A stretch of 49,149 bases of DNA from an uncultured bacterium (lineage in GTDB: Bacteria; Krumholzibacteriota; Krumholzibacteriia; LZORAL124-64-63): contig CBDURF010000003.1 in assembly GCA_965369705.1 (NCBI GenBank), positions 1 through 49,149 of the forward strand. The letters run 5' to 3'. The notes under the pieces were generated by a model that made no database searches, was not told where the DNA came from, and saw only the letters and a program-made list of their open reading frames with translations. Positions 9,798 through 19,485 of the stretch are shown here, in pieces (position 1 is the first letter of the stretch; each line of letters begins with the position of its first letter). The translations under genes were made by a program, and so were the position numbers.

Positions 9798-9811
9798 GCA
9801 AAGGGCATGCC
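9798..9811 (-). promoter_or_regulatory. Sigma54 -24/-12 promoter for the TPR-to-fliJ operon
   Basis: Minus strand GGCATGCCCTTTGC (GG-N10-GC); AT-rich IHF-like tract at about 9880-9910 upstream. Confidence 0.75.
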
Positions 9812-10086
9812 TTTTTAGGACTGATTCCGGGAATTCAGGGGCGGCAGGCAGCCCCAAGACTGAAAATCGCAGGGGAAGATTTATAAAATAAATAAAATTG
9901 GAGGGTTATGGGCTTTGCCTAGAAAACCTGAAAAGTGACGGGCCGCTTTTGGCCGGACTTGGGGCGTGGCCCGGATCACCGGGAAATCCCGGAGGAATCA
10001 CTTCCTCATGGTCAGTTTGTGGTCAGACGCGGGAAACCTGCCACCAATCAGGGGCCGGCCGGACGCCAGCCCCGGTTCCCCGGAAA

Positions 10087-11547
10087 TCAGGCTTCCGCCT
10101 GGTCCGTTTTCTGATCGCCGTCCTCGGCCTTGCTCTGCTCGTAGATCCTCAGCTTTTCCCGGAGGGTCTGGCGGCTGATGCCCAGGACCCTGGCTGCCTT
10201 GGACTTGTTGTTCTCGGTCATTTCCAGCGTGTACAGGATCTGGAGTTTCTCCACCTCGAAAAGGGGCATCAGTCCTGTGGCCTGCCCCAGGACCTGCTGC
10301 CGGGACGAGCCCCGCGGATTTCGACCGGCCAGGATGTGGGCGGGGAAATGGCCTTCCAGCAGCCTGACGGGTTCTTCGAGGATGACGATCCTCTTCAGCG
10401 CATTCTTCAGCTCCCTGACATTGCCGGGCCAGGGATATTTCTGGAGTGTCTCGAGCAGGCGGGCGTCAATCGGCTCGGTGTCCAGACCGAGTTTGGCGTT
10501 GAATTCGCGCAGAAAACCATTGATCAGGATCTCCAGATCCAGGGGCCGTTCCCGCAGCGGGGGTACTTCGATTTCCACCACCTGAAGCCGGTAATAAAGA
10601 TCGTTGCGGAAAGTCCCGTCCTCGATGGCTTCCCTCAGACGCCGGTTGGTGGCGGCCACGATGCGGGCCTCCACGTTCAGATCGTCCTTACCGCCGACGC
10701 GGCGGAAGCGACGGTTTTCCAGGACGCGCAGCAGGCGGCTCTGCAGCAGGACGCCCATCTCGCCGATTTCGTCCAGGAAGATGGTGCCGCCGCCGGCCAG
10801 CTCGAACAGGCCTTCCTTGCGACCCTTGGCGTCGGTGAAGGCCCCCTTTTCGTAGCCGAACAGTTCGCTTTCCAGCAGGGTTTCGGGTACGGCGGCGCAG
10901 TTGATCTCCATGAAACGATCCGAATGGCCGAGGCTGACCTCATGGACCGCCCGCGCCACGATTTCCTTGCCGGTACCCGATTCACCCTGGATGAGGATGG
11001 ACGTATCGTTGCCGCTCCGGCTGGCGCCGATCTTTTCCAGGACCCTGGCGACGTTGTCCAGACCGGGGCAGGCTTTGATCATGCCCATGTAAAGACCATC
11101 GAGATCGCGGTACTGGGCCGTCTCCGCCGTCTTGTCACCTTCGCCGGCGGCGAACGTCTCGTCCGGGGTTTCCCGTGGCTCGGCGGTGGCTCGCAGGGCG
11201 GCCCTCACCTGCTTCTTCATGGCGCTGAGCTTGAAAGGCTTCGGAATGAAATCGTACGCCCCCGACCGCATCGCACTGACAGCCGTGTCCACGTCGCCGT
11301 AGGCGGTCATCATGATGACCGGCGTGGAATTGCCCTGGTTGCGCAGGGCCTGCAGGATTTCCAGACCGCTGACCCCAGGCAGGCGCAGATCGGTGACCAC
11401 CAGGTCGAACACGGTGCCGTGGCAGCGGGCCAGGGCTTCTTCACCGGACTCGGCCACCTCGGCGTCATAACCTTCAGCCGTGAGGGACTCCAGCAGGGAA
11501 GAACGGATGGCGGCTTCATCGTCGACGATCAGGATCCTGGGGTTCAT
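10087..11547 (-). CDS. Sigma54-dependent response regulator (NtrC family), candidate flagellar master activator
   Basis: DLRLPG receiver, GESGTGKE, GAFTDA, WPGNVREL, C-terminal HTH. Confidence 0.93.
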   Translation of the reverse strand: MNPRILIVDDEAAIRSSLLESLTAEGYDAEVAESGEEALARCHGTVFDLVVTDLRLPGVSGLEILQALRNQGNSTPVIMMTAYGDVDTAVSAMRSGAYDFIPKPFKLSAMKKQVRAALRATAEPRETPDETFAAGEGDKTAETAQYRDLDGLYMGMIKACPGLDNVARVLEKIGASRSGNDTSILIQGESGTGKEIVARAVHEVSLGHSDRFMEINCAAVPETLLESELFGYEKGAFTDAKGRKEGLFELAGGGTIFLDEIGEMGVLLQSRLLRVLENRRFRRVGGKDDLNVEARIVAATNRRLREAIEDGTFRNDLYYRLQVVEIEVPPLRERPLDLEILINGFLREFNAKLGLDTEPIDARLLETLQKYPWPGNVRELKNALKRIVILEEPVRLLEGHFPAHILAGRNPRGSSRQQVLGQATGLMPLFEVEKLQILYTLEMTENNKSKAARVLGISRQTLREKLRIYEQSKAEDGDQKTDQAEA

Positions 11548-13835
11548 GTCTTCTCCTCGAGATGTGCCTGACCGACCGCGAGACGCTCCGGGTCACGGGG
11601 CAGCAGGACACGGAAAAAGGTGCAATCGTTTTCGCGGCCGGCCCTGATTTGTCCGTCATGGGCGGTCACGATCTTGTGGCAAATGGCAAGTCCAAGCCCG
11701 GTCCCCGAGCTCTTGGTCGTGTAGAACGGCCGGAAGATCCGCGCCAGGTCCCCTTCCATGAAGCCGGGGCCGTCATCCCGGATCTCGATGATGACGCCGG
11801 GTCCTTTCCGCCGGGTGCCGCGGGCGGGATCGTTCAGTTCCAGGCAATCGCTGGCGGTTATCCGCAACTGGACACGGCCGCCCTCCGGGGCGGCGTCCAC
11901 CCCGTTGATCAAAAGGTTCAGCAAGACCTGCTTGATCTGACCTGCATCCACGACGATTTCCCTATCGTCGAACTCGCCTCCCGTGTCTTCGGGCCATTGT
12001 TCCAGGGTCACCGCCTTGGCCTGCGCCCTGGCCTGAACGAGAGCGATGGCGTCACGTCCGAGGTCGCCCAGTGAAGCCGGCGCCAAGACAGGTTCATAAG
12101 GCCGAACGAAATTCAACATGCGTGTGATGGTGGCGTTGATGCGGTCAACTTCCGCGGTGATCACTTCGATGTAACGGGACCGCTTGTCGTCAGGCGTCAG
12201 CTGATCGGCCAGCAGCTCGGCCTGGGCGCTCAGGCCCATGAGAGGGTTGCGGATCTCATGGGCGAGAGTGGCGGACATCTCCACCAGGCCCTCCAGCTGA
12301 TCGGAACGCAACCGCTCGGCCTCGAGTTTCCGGGTCTCCCGGAGATCCTCGGCTACGACCACCAGCCAGGTCTGTTCGGGGATGCTGCCAGGCATGCGGG
12401 ACGTCTGCAGCAGGACCGGGATACCCGTACCGTCCGATCGGGTCACCAGGCCTTCACCCCGGAATACGCTGTCCGGCAGGTCGCGCAGGAAAGGCAGGAG
12501 CAGCCCGTCGACATCATCGAGACGAAGCCTGCCGTCGAGAAACAGTTCAGGCAGATCCGCTGGGGAACCGGCGAGGGGAGTTTCCCCCCGCCCGCGCCCG
12601 ATCTGGAAGAGGATTTCCTCGGGCGCCATGGCGGGCGCCTTTCGCACGGAAAGAAGTTCCTGCCCGGCGCGGTTGCAGAAGACCGTCCGACCGTTTTCAT
12701 TGATCACCCAGATGGCGCTGCTGACGGTTTCAAGAACCCGTGCGTTGAAAGCCCCGATGTCCCTGATGCGGTCGAGTAGCTGGGCGCTGGCGACCTCCTC
12801 GGACAGAACGACCTGGACGGCCTGGAGAAAGGGGAGGAATCGTTTGCTGATCCTGTCCCGCTCCGCGGGATCCTCCAGCAACAGCAGCAAAAAGCCCAGC
12901 CGGATGTTCTGATGCTCGAGGGGCAGGGCGATGATGCGACGGCCGGACCCTCCCTCCCGGCGGCGGCCGGGATCGACCTTGAACACGCCAGGAGCCAGGA
13001 TGCCCTCGGCGATCGAGGTGTCCACCTGGTCCTTGAGCTCCACGATGACCTTGTCCCAGGCCGATTCGTCCCACTGCCAGGTCTGTCGGGGAGAATACGC
13101 GCCCCCGGAGTTGGACCGCAGGATGAGGGCGGATCCACGGGCACCGATGAAGCCCGCGAGACTTTTCAGGATCTCCCGCAACACCTCGTCCCAGTTTCCG
13201 GCGGTGCTCAATTCGCGCCCGAAACTGTAGAGCAGGGAAAGCTCCGCCATGGCTTCGTTCAACTGGCGGTTGGCTGCCTCCAATGACTCCTGGGCCCGGA
13301 GCATCTCGCTGGCCGAGCGCGCCGTCTGGTCCCCCAGTTGGCGGCGCAGATTCCGCAAAAGATCCTGGGTCCGTCCGGAGGAGGCGAGGATGAGCCGGCC
13401 CTGTTGCCTGATCTCAAGGCGCTTTTCCGCCCTGATGAGCATGTTCACCCAGCGCGACCTGTCCAGGGGCACGACCAGGGCGTCGAACAAACCGGCCCGG
13501 AAAAACCGGACCAGGGGACCGGCCGGCAGGTCGCCGTGAAGAAAAATGGGCAGATACGGAGCGCGCAGGGAAGACAGGCTTTCCAGCCAGTTGACGAGGT
13601 CGTCGGCGCCTTCTTCACCGGCAAAGGCGTCCTGATGAAGAAAGACGAGACGTGAGACGGCGGTGTTCCCTTTGGCGTAGGCAGCCTGAAGCCACCGCAG
13701 CGCCTGGTCGGCCTGAGGGAAATGCCGGCAATCACGGTCTGCGAGGGTTTGCCCCGTCAACCAAATGTCGGGACCAACGAAAATCGCACCCTGGGGAATG
13801 GGTGGCGGGAGACGGAAAAGATGGTCTTCCATCAT
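11544..13835 (-). CDS. Cytoplasmic histidine kinase (pseudo-receiver, coiled coil, GAF-like, PAS, HisKA, HATPase)
   Basis: AHEIRNPL, NLLING, DDGPG, PFYTTK, GTGLGL; PAS-like ETVSSAIWVINENG; no TM segment; overlaps the regulator start (ATGA). Confidence 0.88.
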   Translation of the reverse strand: MMEDHLFRLPPPIPQGAIFVGPDIWLTGQTLADRDCRHFPQADQALRWLQAAYAKGNTAVSRLVFLHQDAFAGEEGADDLVNWLESLSSLRAPYLPIFLHGDLPAGPLVRFFRAGLFDALVVPLDRSRWVNMLIRAEKRLEIRQQGRLILASSGRTQDLLRNLRRQLGDQTARSASEMLRAQESLEAANRQLNEAMAELSLLYSFGRELSTAGNWDEVLREILKSLAGFIGARGSALILRSNSGGAYSPRQTWQWDESAWDKVIVELKDQVDTSIAEGILAPGVFKVDPGRRREGGSGRRIIALPLEHQNIRLGFLLLLLEDPAERDRISKRFLPFLQAVQVVLSEEVASAQLLDRIRDIGAFNARVLETVSSAIWVINENGRTVFCNRAGQELLSVRKAPAMAPEEILFQIGRGRGETPLAGSPADLPELFLDGRLRLDDVDGLLLPFLRDLPDSVFRGEGLVTRSDGTGIPVLLQTSRMPGSIPEQTWLVVVAEDLRETRKLEAERLRSDQLEGLVEMSATLAHEIRNPLMGLSAQAELLADQLTPDDKRSRYIEVITAEVDRINATITRMLNFVRPYEPVLAPASLGDLGRDAIALVQARAQAKAVTLEQWPEDTGGEFDDREIVVDAGQIKQVLLNLLINGVDAAPEGGRVQLRITASDCLELNDPARGTRRKGPGVIIEIRDDGPGFMEGDLARIFRPFYTTKSSGTGLGLAICHKIVTAHDGQIRAGRENDCTFFRVLLPRDPERLAVGQAHLEEKT

Positions 13836-13882
13836 AAATTCCTGACATCATGAAGGATGTGTTGCGCTCCATCGCAGGAAAA

Positions 13883-13911
13883 ACTGTAAAGTTTTTTACC
13901 AGTATATGCAA
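13883..13911 (-). promoter_or_regulatory. Sigma70-type promoter for the kinase/regulator pair, with a palindrome in the spacer
   Basis: Minus strand TTGCAT-N17-TACAGT; GTAAAGTTTTTTAC inverted repeat at 13886-13899. Confidence 0.55.
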
Positions 13912-13991
13912 ATAAAAAAATCAATCTCCGCCGCCGAGCAGGAAGTTCCTTATCAAGGGGAAGGGGTTTTGGGGCTCAGGATTCTTGTTCC

Positions 13992-14357
13992 TCAGAGATC
14001 CTCCATGCTCAGGGCCACATCGTTCAGGCGATCAGCCACCAGGGCCCGGACTTCGACGGAATTGTAATAACCCCGGCCAAGGCGCGTGCGGACTTGGGCC
14101 ATACGTTCCTGGCGCACCTCCGGCAACGCTTCCAGGGCCCGAAGACCAGAATCGACTGCGTGACGCAAGGCGATGAGACGATGGGCTTTGGCCGAGATGT
14201 CAGCCTTGTCGGCAGGAGCGGCCCGCCGCTCCCGGACGGGTGCGCGGACATCCGCCGATTGTTCACTGTCCTTGGAATCCGTACGACCGGAGCCCCGGAA
14301 CCTCTCCAAGAGTTCCTTGCTCAGATTCGTGAATCCGTTGATTTTGTCCATGGCCAT
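13992..14357 (-). CDS. flgM: Anti-sigma28 factor FlgM
   Basis: DKADIS..PEVRQERMAQVR..GYY..VADRL pattern; sigma28 promoter upstream; start trimmed to MAMDK. Confidence 0.8.
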   Translation of the reverse strand: MAMDKINGFTNLSKELLERFRGSGRTDSKDSEQSADVRAPVRERRAAPADKADISAKAHRLIALRHAVDSGLRALEALPEVRQERMAQVRTRLGRGYYNSVEVRALVADRLNDVALSMEDL

Positions 14358-14510
14358 GGCAAGCCTACCTCTGATTGCCGTGGGTTTCCCTGTTCCAATA
14401 TTTTTCATGAATGCAATTGTGATGCCGCCCTGGGTGATGTCTCATCTCGGAACCGTTGAACCTCCTGACCGGAGGAAGCGGTTTCCCATGGAAGGTCCAA
14501 CTGAAACCAG

Positions 14511-14538
14511 GGATCGGCAAATGGACCGCCGAACTTGA
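14511..14538 (-). promoter_or_regulatory. Sigma28 promoter for flgM
   Basis: Minus strand TCAAGTTC-N12-GCCGATCC; shares AAGTTCGGC with the fliC promoter. Confidence 0.7.
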
Positions 14539-14556
14539 GTCGGATGAGGGCTGAGT

Positions 14557-15543
14557 TCAAACGGAATCGAAACCCCAGACCGCGACGGTCAGGGCCCCGG
14601 GAATGACCACACCGTCCGGCCCCACGGTCCCCAGAAGCGCGACCGGATCAGCCGGATCCCGGAGACCTCCCTGTCCGGAACCCTCCAGGTACCGCGAGAG
14701 TTGTTCCGGCTGGATCACGAGCCAGTGGCCGACTGCCCTGGCGGTGACCGTCGCGCCTCGCCCGGCGAGTTTGGCGGCCAACCGGTCCCCTCCGGGAGGC
14801 GCAAGCAGATACCGGGCCCACTTTCGGCGCCGGGTTTCGTCAAGGAGGGGGATCACCAAGCCAAGGGGTCCGCTCCATTCAGTGACATAATCGGTAAAGT
14901 CCGCCCCCTTGCCGCAGAAAACCGCGGCGACGACCTGCTCCCCTTCCCCCAGGGCGACAAAGCCCCGGGTGCCCGCCATCGTGTAGAGCCGAGCGGAGTC
15001 ACCCGGTTGGCGTAGGGTACGGAAGGGATGGTGATCGTACAGAGCGGCGGCGGCCGGAGCATCTTCGGCGCGGAAGACGCGGCAGGAAAACCCGTCGGGA
15101 AAACCGGTGGCGGGCCGCACGGCCTCCATGTCGACATGGAATTCCCAGCCGGCCGGGACAAAGCCCCGCCCCGTGTAGAATTCCGGTTGATCGGACCAGA
15201 GCACCGCGAGGGGAACGTTGGCGGCGGCGAGGCGATCGATCAAAGCGTTTTGGAGGGCCCGGCTGAAACCCCGGCCGCGGTATTCAGGTCTGGTGACCAC
15301 GCTGCCGATCCCGGCCACGGGAATCGGCCCGCAACTGGTTTGGAACTGTCGGACCAGACACGCAACCCCGGCCGCCACCCTGACTCCTTCGCAAATCCCG
15401 AGAACCATGTCCCGGTTGTCCCGGCCCAGGATCAGCGGAAAATCCTCCCAGGCGTGGGTGGACGACCCCGGTGGCCGTATCTCATCATCCACCAGGGCCA
15501 GGAATTCGGTGAATTGATCAGGCGTGAAAGAAGTGATTTTCAT
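14557..15543 (-). CDS. GNAT family N-acetyltransferase (Eis-like, tandem GNAT)
   Basis: AGIGSVVTRPEYRGRG acetyl-CoA motif, FYTGRGF. Confidence 0.85.
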   Translation of the reverse strand: MKITSFTPDQFTEFLALVDDEIRPPGSSTHAWEDFPLILGRDNRDMVLGICEGVRVAAGVACLVRQFQTSCGPIPVAGIGSVVTRPEYRGRGFSRALQNALIDRLAAANVPLAVLWSDQPEFYTGRGFVPAGWEFHVDMEAVRPATGFPDGFSCRVFRAEDAPAAAALYDHHPFRTLRQPGDSARLYTMAGTRGFVALGEGEQVVAAVFCGKGADFTDYVTEWSGPLGLVIPLLDETRRRKWARYLLAPPGGDRLAAKLAGRGATVTARAVGHWLVIQPEQLSRYLEGSGQGGLRDPADPVALLGTVGPDGVVIPGALTVAVWGFDSV

Positions 15544-15641
15544 GTGGGCTCCAGGAAGGATTCAAGTCTGATAATTCACCTTATCCTGTTTCGGGGCGGC
15601 TTGGCAAGGGGGTTCCGTAATGACCAATAATCAAAAAACCC

Positions 15642-15669
15642 TAAAGTTCGGCATAAAACCGGCCGATGA
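15642..15669 (+). promoter_or_regulatory. Sigma28 promoter for fliC
   Basis: TAAAGTTC-N12-GCCGATGA. Confidence 0.85.
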
Positions 15670-15797
15670 TGGAAAGGACAGAATGGCGGGTAAGCCGATC
15701 CAGGATGGACAGGCTTTGCCCGCCTGCGGGGGCATAGGACCCCGGATACCACAACCGGTCACACCGGTACCCACATGGTTTTCAAGGAGGAAAGCTC
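15670..15797 (+). promoter_or_regulatory. GGA-rich fliC 5' leader, putative CsrA-binding sites
   Basis: Multiple GGA motifs, including the TCCA-GGA-TGGA mini-hairpin and AGGAGGA at the RBS; csrA and fliW are in the cluster. Confidence 0.6.
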
Positions 15798-16625
15798 ATG
15801 GGCATCCGCATCAACACCAACATCGCTTCCATCAACACCCAGCGGCATCTGCTGAATGCCACCACCGCCTTCGCCAAGTCGATGGAGAAGCTCAGTTCCG
15901 GACTGCGCATCACCCGGGCCGGGGACGACGCGGCCGGTCTGGCCATCAGCGAAAGCCTCAAGGCCGACATTCGCGCCCTGAACCAGGCCAGTCGCAACGC
16001 GTCGGACGGCATCAGCATGCTCCAGACCGCTGAAGGGGCCATGGACGAGGTTTCCAACATCCTGCTGAGGATGAAGGAGCTTGCCCAGCAGTCGCTCAAC
16101 GGGACGCTGGGCGACACGGAGCGAGGGTATCTCAATCAGGAATACACCGCTCTCATCGAGGAAATGGACCGGATCGCGGCCACGACCGACTTCAACGGAG
16201 TCAAGATGCTTGACGGTTCCGGCGGCATCGTCGGGATCCAGGTGGGCATCACCAACCTGCCCCAGGACCGGATCGCGGTGGACCTGAGTCAAGCCCAAAC
16301 CGCAACCGATCTGGGGATCGTCAACACCATCGGAACCGTGGCCGAGGCCCAGAACGCCATGGGTGAAATCGATGTCGCCATCCAGAACGTGGTCGCCGCA
16401 CGGGGTGCTTGGGGCGCCGTCCAGAACCGGTTGGAGTCGACCATCCGGAACATCAGCATGATGGCGGAAAACCTTTCCGCCGCCAACAGCCGGATTCGGG
16501 ACGTGGATGTCGCCTATGAGGCCTCCAAGATGACGTCCTATCAGATCCTCCAGCAGGCGGGGATCTCCATGCTGTCCCAGGCCAACCTGGTGCCCGGCCT
16601 GGCATTGAGCCTGCTCGTCAGCTGA
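15798..16625 (+). CDS. fliC: Flagellin (minimal, D0/D1 only)
   Basis: RINTNI, KLSSGLRI..DDAAGL, GAVQNRLE, SRIRDVD, QQAG..AN; 275 aa. Confidence 0.98.
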   Translation: MGIRINTNIASINTQRHLLNATTAFAKSMEKLSSGLRITRAGDDAAGLAISESLKADIRALNQASRNASDGISMLQTAEGAMDEVSNILLRMKELAQQSLNGTLGDTERGYLNQEYTALIEEMDRIAATTDFNGVKMLDGSGGIVGIQVGITNLPQDRIAVDLSQAQTATDLGIVNTIGTVAEAQNAMGEIDVAIQNVVAARGAWGAVQNRLESTIRNISMMAENLSAANSRIRDVDVAYEASKMTSYQILQQAGISMLSQANLVPGLALSLLVS

Positions 16626-16647
16626 CGGGCTGTCTGGGGCGATCCCA

Positions 16648-16683
16648 CCTCCGCATCCATCCCGCGCGGGAGCGATGCGGAGG
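16648..16683 (+). other. GC-rich hairpin 3' of fliC
   Basis: CCTCCGCATC...GATGCGGAGG with inner TCCCGCGCGGGA; no U-tract. Confidence 0.55.
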
Positions 16684-16784
16684 GTCGGGTCGCGAAAAGC
16701 CCGGCCTAGGGTCGGCGGATCGGACCGAACAAATTCTGCTGATTGGGAGTAAAGGGAATTCTCCCGAGCGGGAGTGATGAAATT

Positions 16785-17210
16785 ATGAATACGATTGGAC
16801 AAAATCAGGGCATTCAGCCAACCGGACCAGGGGTTCAGGTCCCGGAACAGAAGACCAAGCTGCAGCCGACCATCGGGCGGACTGCCACCATTACGGAAGC
16901 CCCGTCCGCTCAGGATTCGCTGAGCGATACTTTGGTTCAGGCGCCGCCGGCCCAGCCCACGGGGGGCCATCAGTACCTGGATCGGGAACAGATGAGTGAA
17001 TTCGTGGCCAAGGTTTCTGAAGCCATCCGAAAGGCTTCGGTGGAACCGCATCTGGTCGGCTTTATCCCCGATCCGGATAGCAAGGGGTACCTCATCGAGA
17101 TCCGGAGGGTGGACGGCACTCTGGTTACCCGTTTTACCCCGGATAAAGTCCTCAACCTTCACGGGAATCTGGACGATCTCTCGGGCATGGTCATCGACCG
17201 GAAAACCTGA
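16785..17210 (+). CDS. flaG: FlaG family protein
   Basis: Between fliC and fliD; C-terminal pattern P.KVL..L..LSGMVIDRK. Confidence 0.7.
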   Translation: MNTIGQNQGIQPTGPGVQVPEQKTKLQPTIGRTATITEAPSAQDSLSDTLVQAPPAQPTGGHQYLDREQMSEFVAKVSEAIRKASVEPHLVGFIPDPDSKGYLIEIRRVDGTLVTRFTPDKVLNLHGNLDDLSGMVIDRKT

Positions 17211-17266
17211 TCGAAACTGCATCCCGCGGATTTGAAACAGGTTGAACGGAACCTTTGGAGTATATC

Positions 17267-18589
17267 ATGAGCTTGGTCTCATTCACCGGCCTGGCCAGCG
17301 GGCTGGATACCGCCAGCATTGTCGCCCAATTGGTGGAAATCAGGCGGCGCCCGGTCTACCGCCTGGAGAGTCGCCGGGTGGATTTCCAGAATCAACTCGC
17401 CGCCCTGTCGGTCCTCAAGACCAAACTGCTGGCCCTCCAGGAGGCCGCTTCCCAGCTGGATACCCTGCGGGAATTCACCGCCCTTGGCGCAACGTCCACC
17501 AACGAAGGGATCTTGACCGCGACGGCCGGGCCTTCCGCCGCGCCGGGAAACTACGAGATCATCGTGCAGAGCTTGGCTACGGCGCGCAAGGACATCTCCC
17601 AGGGGTACTCCTCCCCTGACGACGTTGTCGGTCAGGGCACCATATGGTTCAACGTCGGCCCCACGACCACTCCGCTGTTGCTGGCCCCCGGCACGACCCT
17701 GGCGGAGCTGAAGGATCTGATCAACAGCGACGTCGACGGGTTGAGCGCCTCCTTGATCAACGACGGATCGGGCGGGAATTCCTACTACCTCGTTCTGACC
17801 GGAGACACCGAAGGGGTTGCTGGTGATTTCACCGTCATCACCTCGGGTCTGTCCGGCGGCCTGGCTCCCGTCCTGAGCAATACCCAGGCGGCGGCTGACG
17901 CGCGACTCACCGTCGACGGCATCGCCGTCACCGCCGGCAGCAACCATCCGGACGATGTGATCAGCGGGCTGACCTTGAACCTTCATGAGGCCGATCCGGG
18001 CACCACGGTCAGGATCCAGGTGGACATGGACGGTGAACAGGTTGCGGAATCGATCAAGGCCATGGTTGACGCCTACAACGACCTGTTCGCCTACATCCAA
18101 GAACAATCAGCTCCCGATGGCGACCTGCACGGACATCCGGCGCTGCGATCGGTCCGTACCCGTATAACCAACATCTTCACTTCGCCCCTGGAAAGCGGGC
18201 TGGGCGACCTGTCAATGCTATGGGAGGTCGGCATCACCACCGGGGAAGACCGGCAGCTCGTCTGGGATCCGGAAAAATTCCAGGCGGCGCTTCAAGCTGA
18301 CTTCAGCGGGGTGCGCGATCTCTTCATCGAGCGGGAGGGAAATCTCGGCAAGGGATATCTCATCACCGCGGCCATCAAAGACATGACCGACAGCGTGTCC
18401 GGCCTTTTCAAGATTTCGAACGACGCCCTGAACAGCAAAATCCGTTCGGCGGACCAGACCATCGAACGCTATGAGCGGAGCATCGAGTCGTACCGATTGA
18501 ATCTTGAGGTCCGATTCACGGCCATGGAGCGCATGGTGGCCCAATTGCAGGCCCAGGGCAACTACCTGTCCAGCCTCTACCTCCAGTAG
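17267..18589 (+). CDS. fliD: Flagellar filament cap FliD
   Basis: GLASGLDT, V.SLATA, SN..DDVISGLTL, RFTAME..VAQLQAQ. Confidence 0.96.
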   Translation: MSLVSFTGLASGLDTASIVAQLVEIRRRPVYRLESRRVDFQNQLAALSVLKTKLLALQEAASQLDTLREFTALGATSTNEGILTATAGPSAAPGNYEIIVQSLATARKDISQGYSSPDDVVGQGTIWFNVGPTTTPLLLAPGTTLAELKDLINSDVDGLSASLINDGSGGNSYYLVLTGDTEGVAGDFTVITSGLSGGLAPVLSNTQAAADARLTVDGIAVTAGSNHPDDVISGLTLNLHEADPGTTVRIQVDMDGEQVAESIKAMVDAYNDLFAYIQEQSAPDGDLHGHPALRSVRTRITNIFTSPLESGLGDLSMLWEVGITTGEDRQLVWDPEKFQAALQADFSGVRDLFIEREGNLGKGYLITAAIKDMTDSVSGLFKISNDALNSKIRSADQTIERYERSIESYRLNLEVRFTAMERMVAQLQAQGNYLSSLYLQ

Positions 18590-18642
18590 ACGACCGGAGG
18601 CTGCAGGGGTGGGCAGGAAGATTTTCGCGGAGGGAAGGTGAT

Positions 18643-19092
18643 ATGGAAGTGCAGCGTTACCTCGAAACGGATATCCAGTCCATATCCCGCGAAAAACTCC
18701 TGGTGCTTCTCTACGAGAAGATGGGCAAGGATCTGCTGGAGGCGCGCCTGGCGATCGCCGCGGGTGACCGGATCCGCATGGCCGACAGGATTACCCACTC
18801 CCAGCAGATCATCACCGAGCTGTGCAACGCCCTCGACCACACGGTCGGCGGAGAAATCTCCCGCAACCTGGAAGCCCTTTACGATTTTCTCTTCGTGGAG
18901 CATCTGGCCGTCCTGGTGGATCAGGACCCTCGGCATGTGGACCATTGTCTGGCAGTCCTGACTCCCCTACTCGCCGCCTGGCGTGAAATTCCGCCCGGCA
19001 CCGCAGAAGAGGCCGCCCGGTTACGGTCTCGCCAACTGCCCGAAGATGCACCGGATTCCGACCCCACATCCCTCTTCTCGGTATCGGCGTGA
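18643..19092 (+). CDS. fliS: Flagellin chaperone FliS
   Basis: LLVLLYE, IITEL..ALD..GGEISRNLEALYDF, L..AW. Confidence 0.93.
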   Translation: MEVQRYLETDIQSISREKLLVLLYEKMGKDLLEARLAIAAGDRIRMADRITHSQQIITELCNALDHTVGGEISRNLEALYDFLFVEHLAVLVDQDPRHVDHCLAVLTPLLAAWREIPPGTAEEAARLRSRQLPEDAPDSDPTSLFSVSA

Positions 19093-19093
19093 C

Positions 19094-19438
19094 ATGGAAC
19101 TTCCGCGCAGCATCCAACTGGCCGGCGACCTGACCGAGCAGCTGCAGGCCGCTCTTGAAATCCATGACCTGGAGAGCTGTCGTGATCTTCTGGAGCAACG
19201 GGAGCAAGCCATGGCGGATTTCGAAAGGGCCCATCGGTCGGCTTCGGAAGGGGAACGGGACACCTGCCTGACCGCCATGGCCGCGCTGCACCGGGCCGAT
19301 GACGATTTACAGGAACGGTCGAAGGACATCCTGGCGATGTTCGCGGCGGAATTCAGGGAGCAGTTGGGGTTACCGGCCCATGGGATTCATCCCGCCGGTG
19401 GGGATCCTCTCCAGGCCTGCCTGGACAGAAAAGCATAA
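19094..19438 (+). CDS. FliT-like helical protein
   Basis: 114 aa, follows fliS; LLEQRE motif and C-terminal LDRKA. Confidence 0.55.
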   Translation: MELPRSIQLAGDLTEQLQAALEIHDLESCRDLLEQREQAMADFERAHRSASEGERDTCLTAMAALHRADDDLQERSKDILAMFAAEFREQLGLPAHGIHPAGGDPLQACLDRKA

Positions 19439-19485
19439 TCCGCAAAAAACCAGTCGTGGACAGATTCAGGGGTGAAGCCGATTCA

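Noticed and set aside
14358-14510. c-di-GMP-I riboswitch in the flgM leader
   Set aside because: Lacks the GGCAAA/GNRA-receptor/GACGCAAAG arrangement
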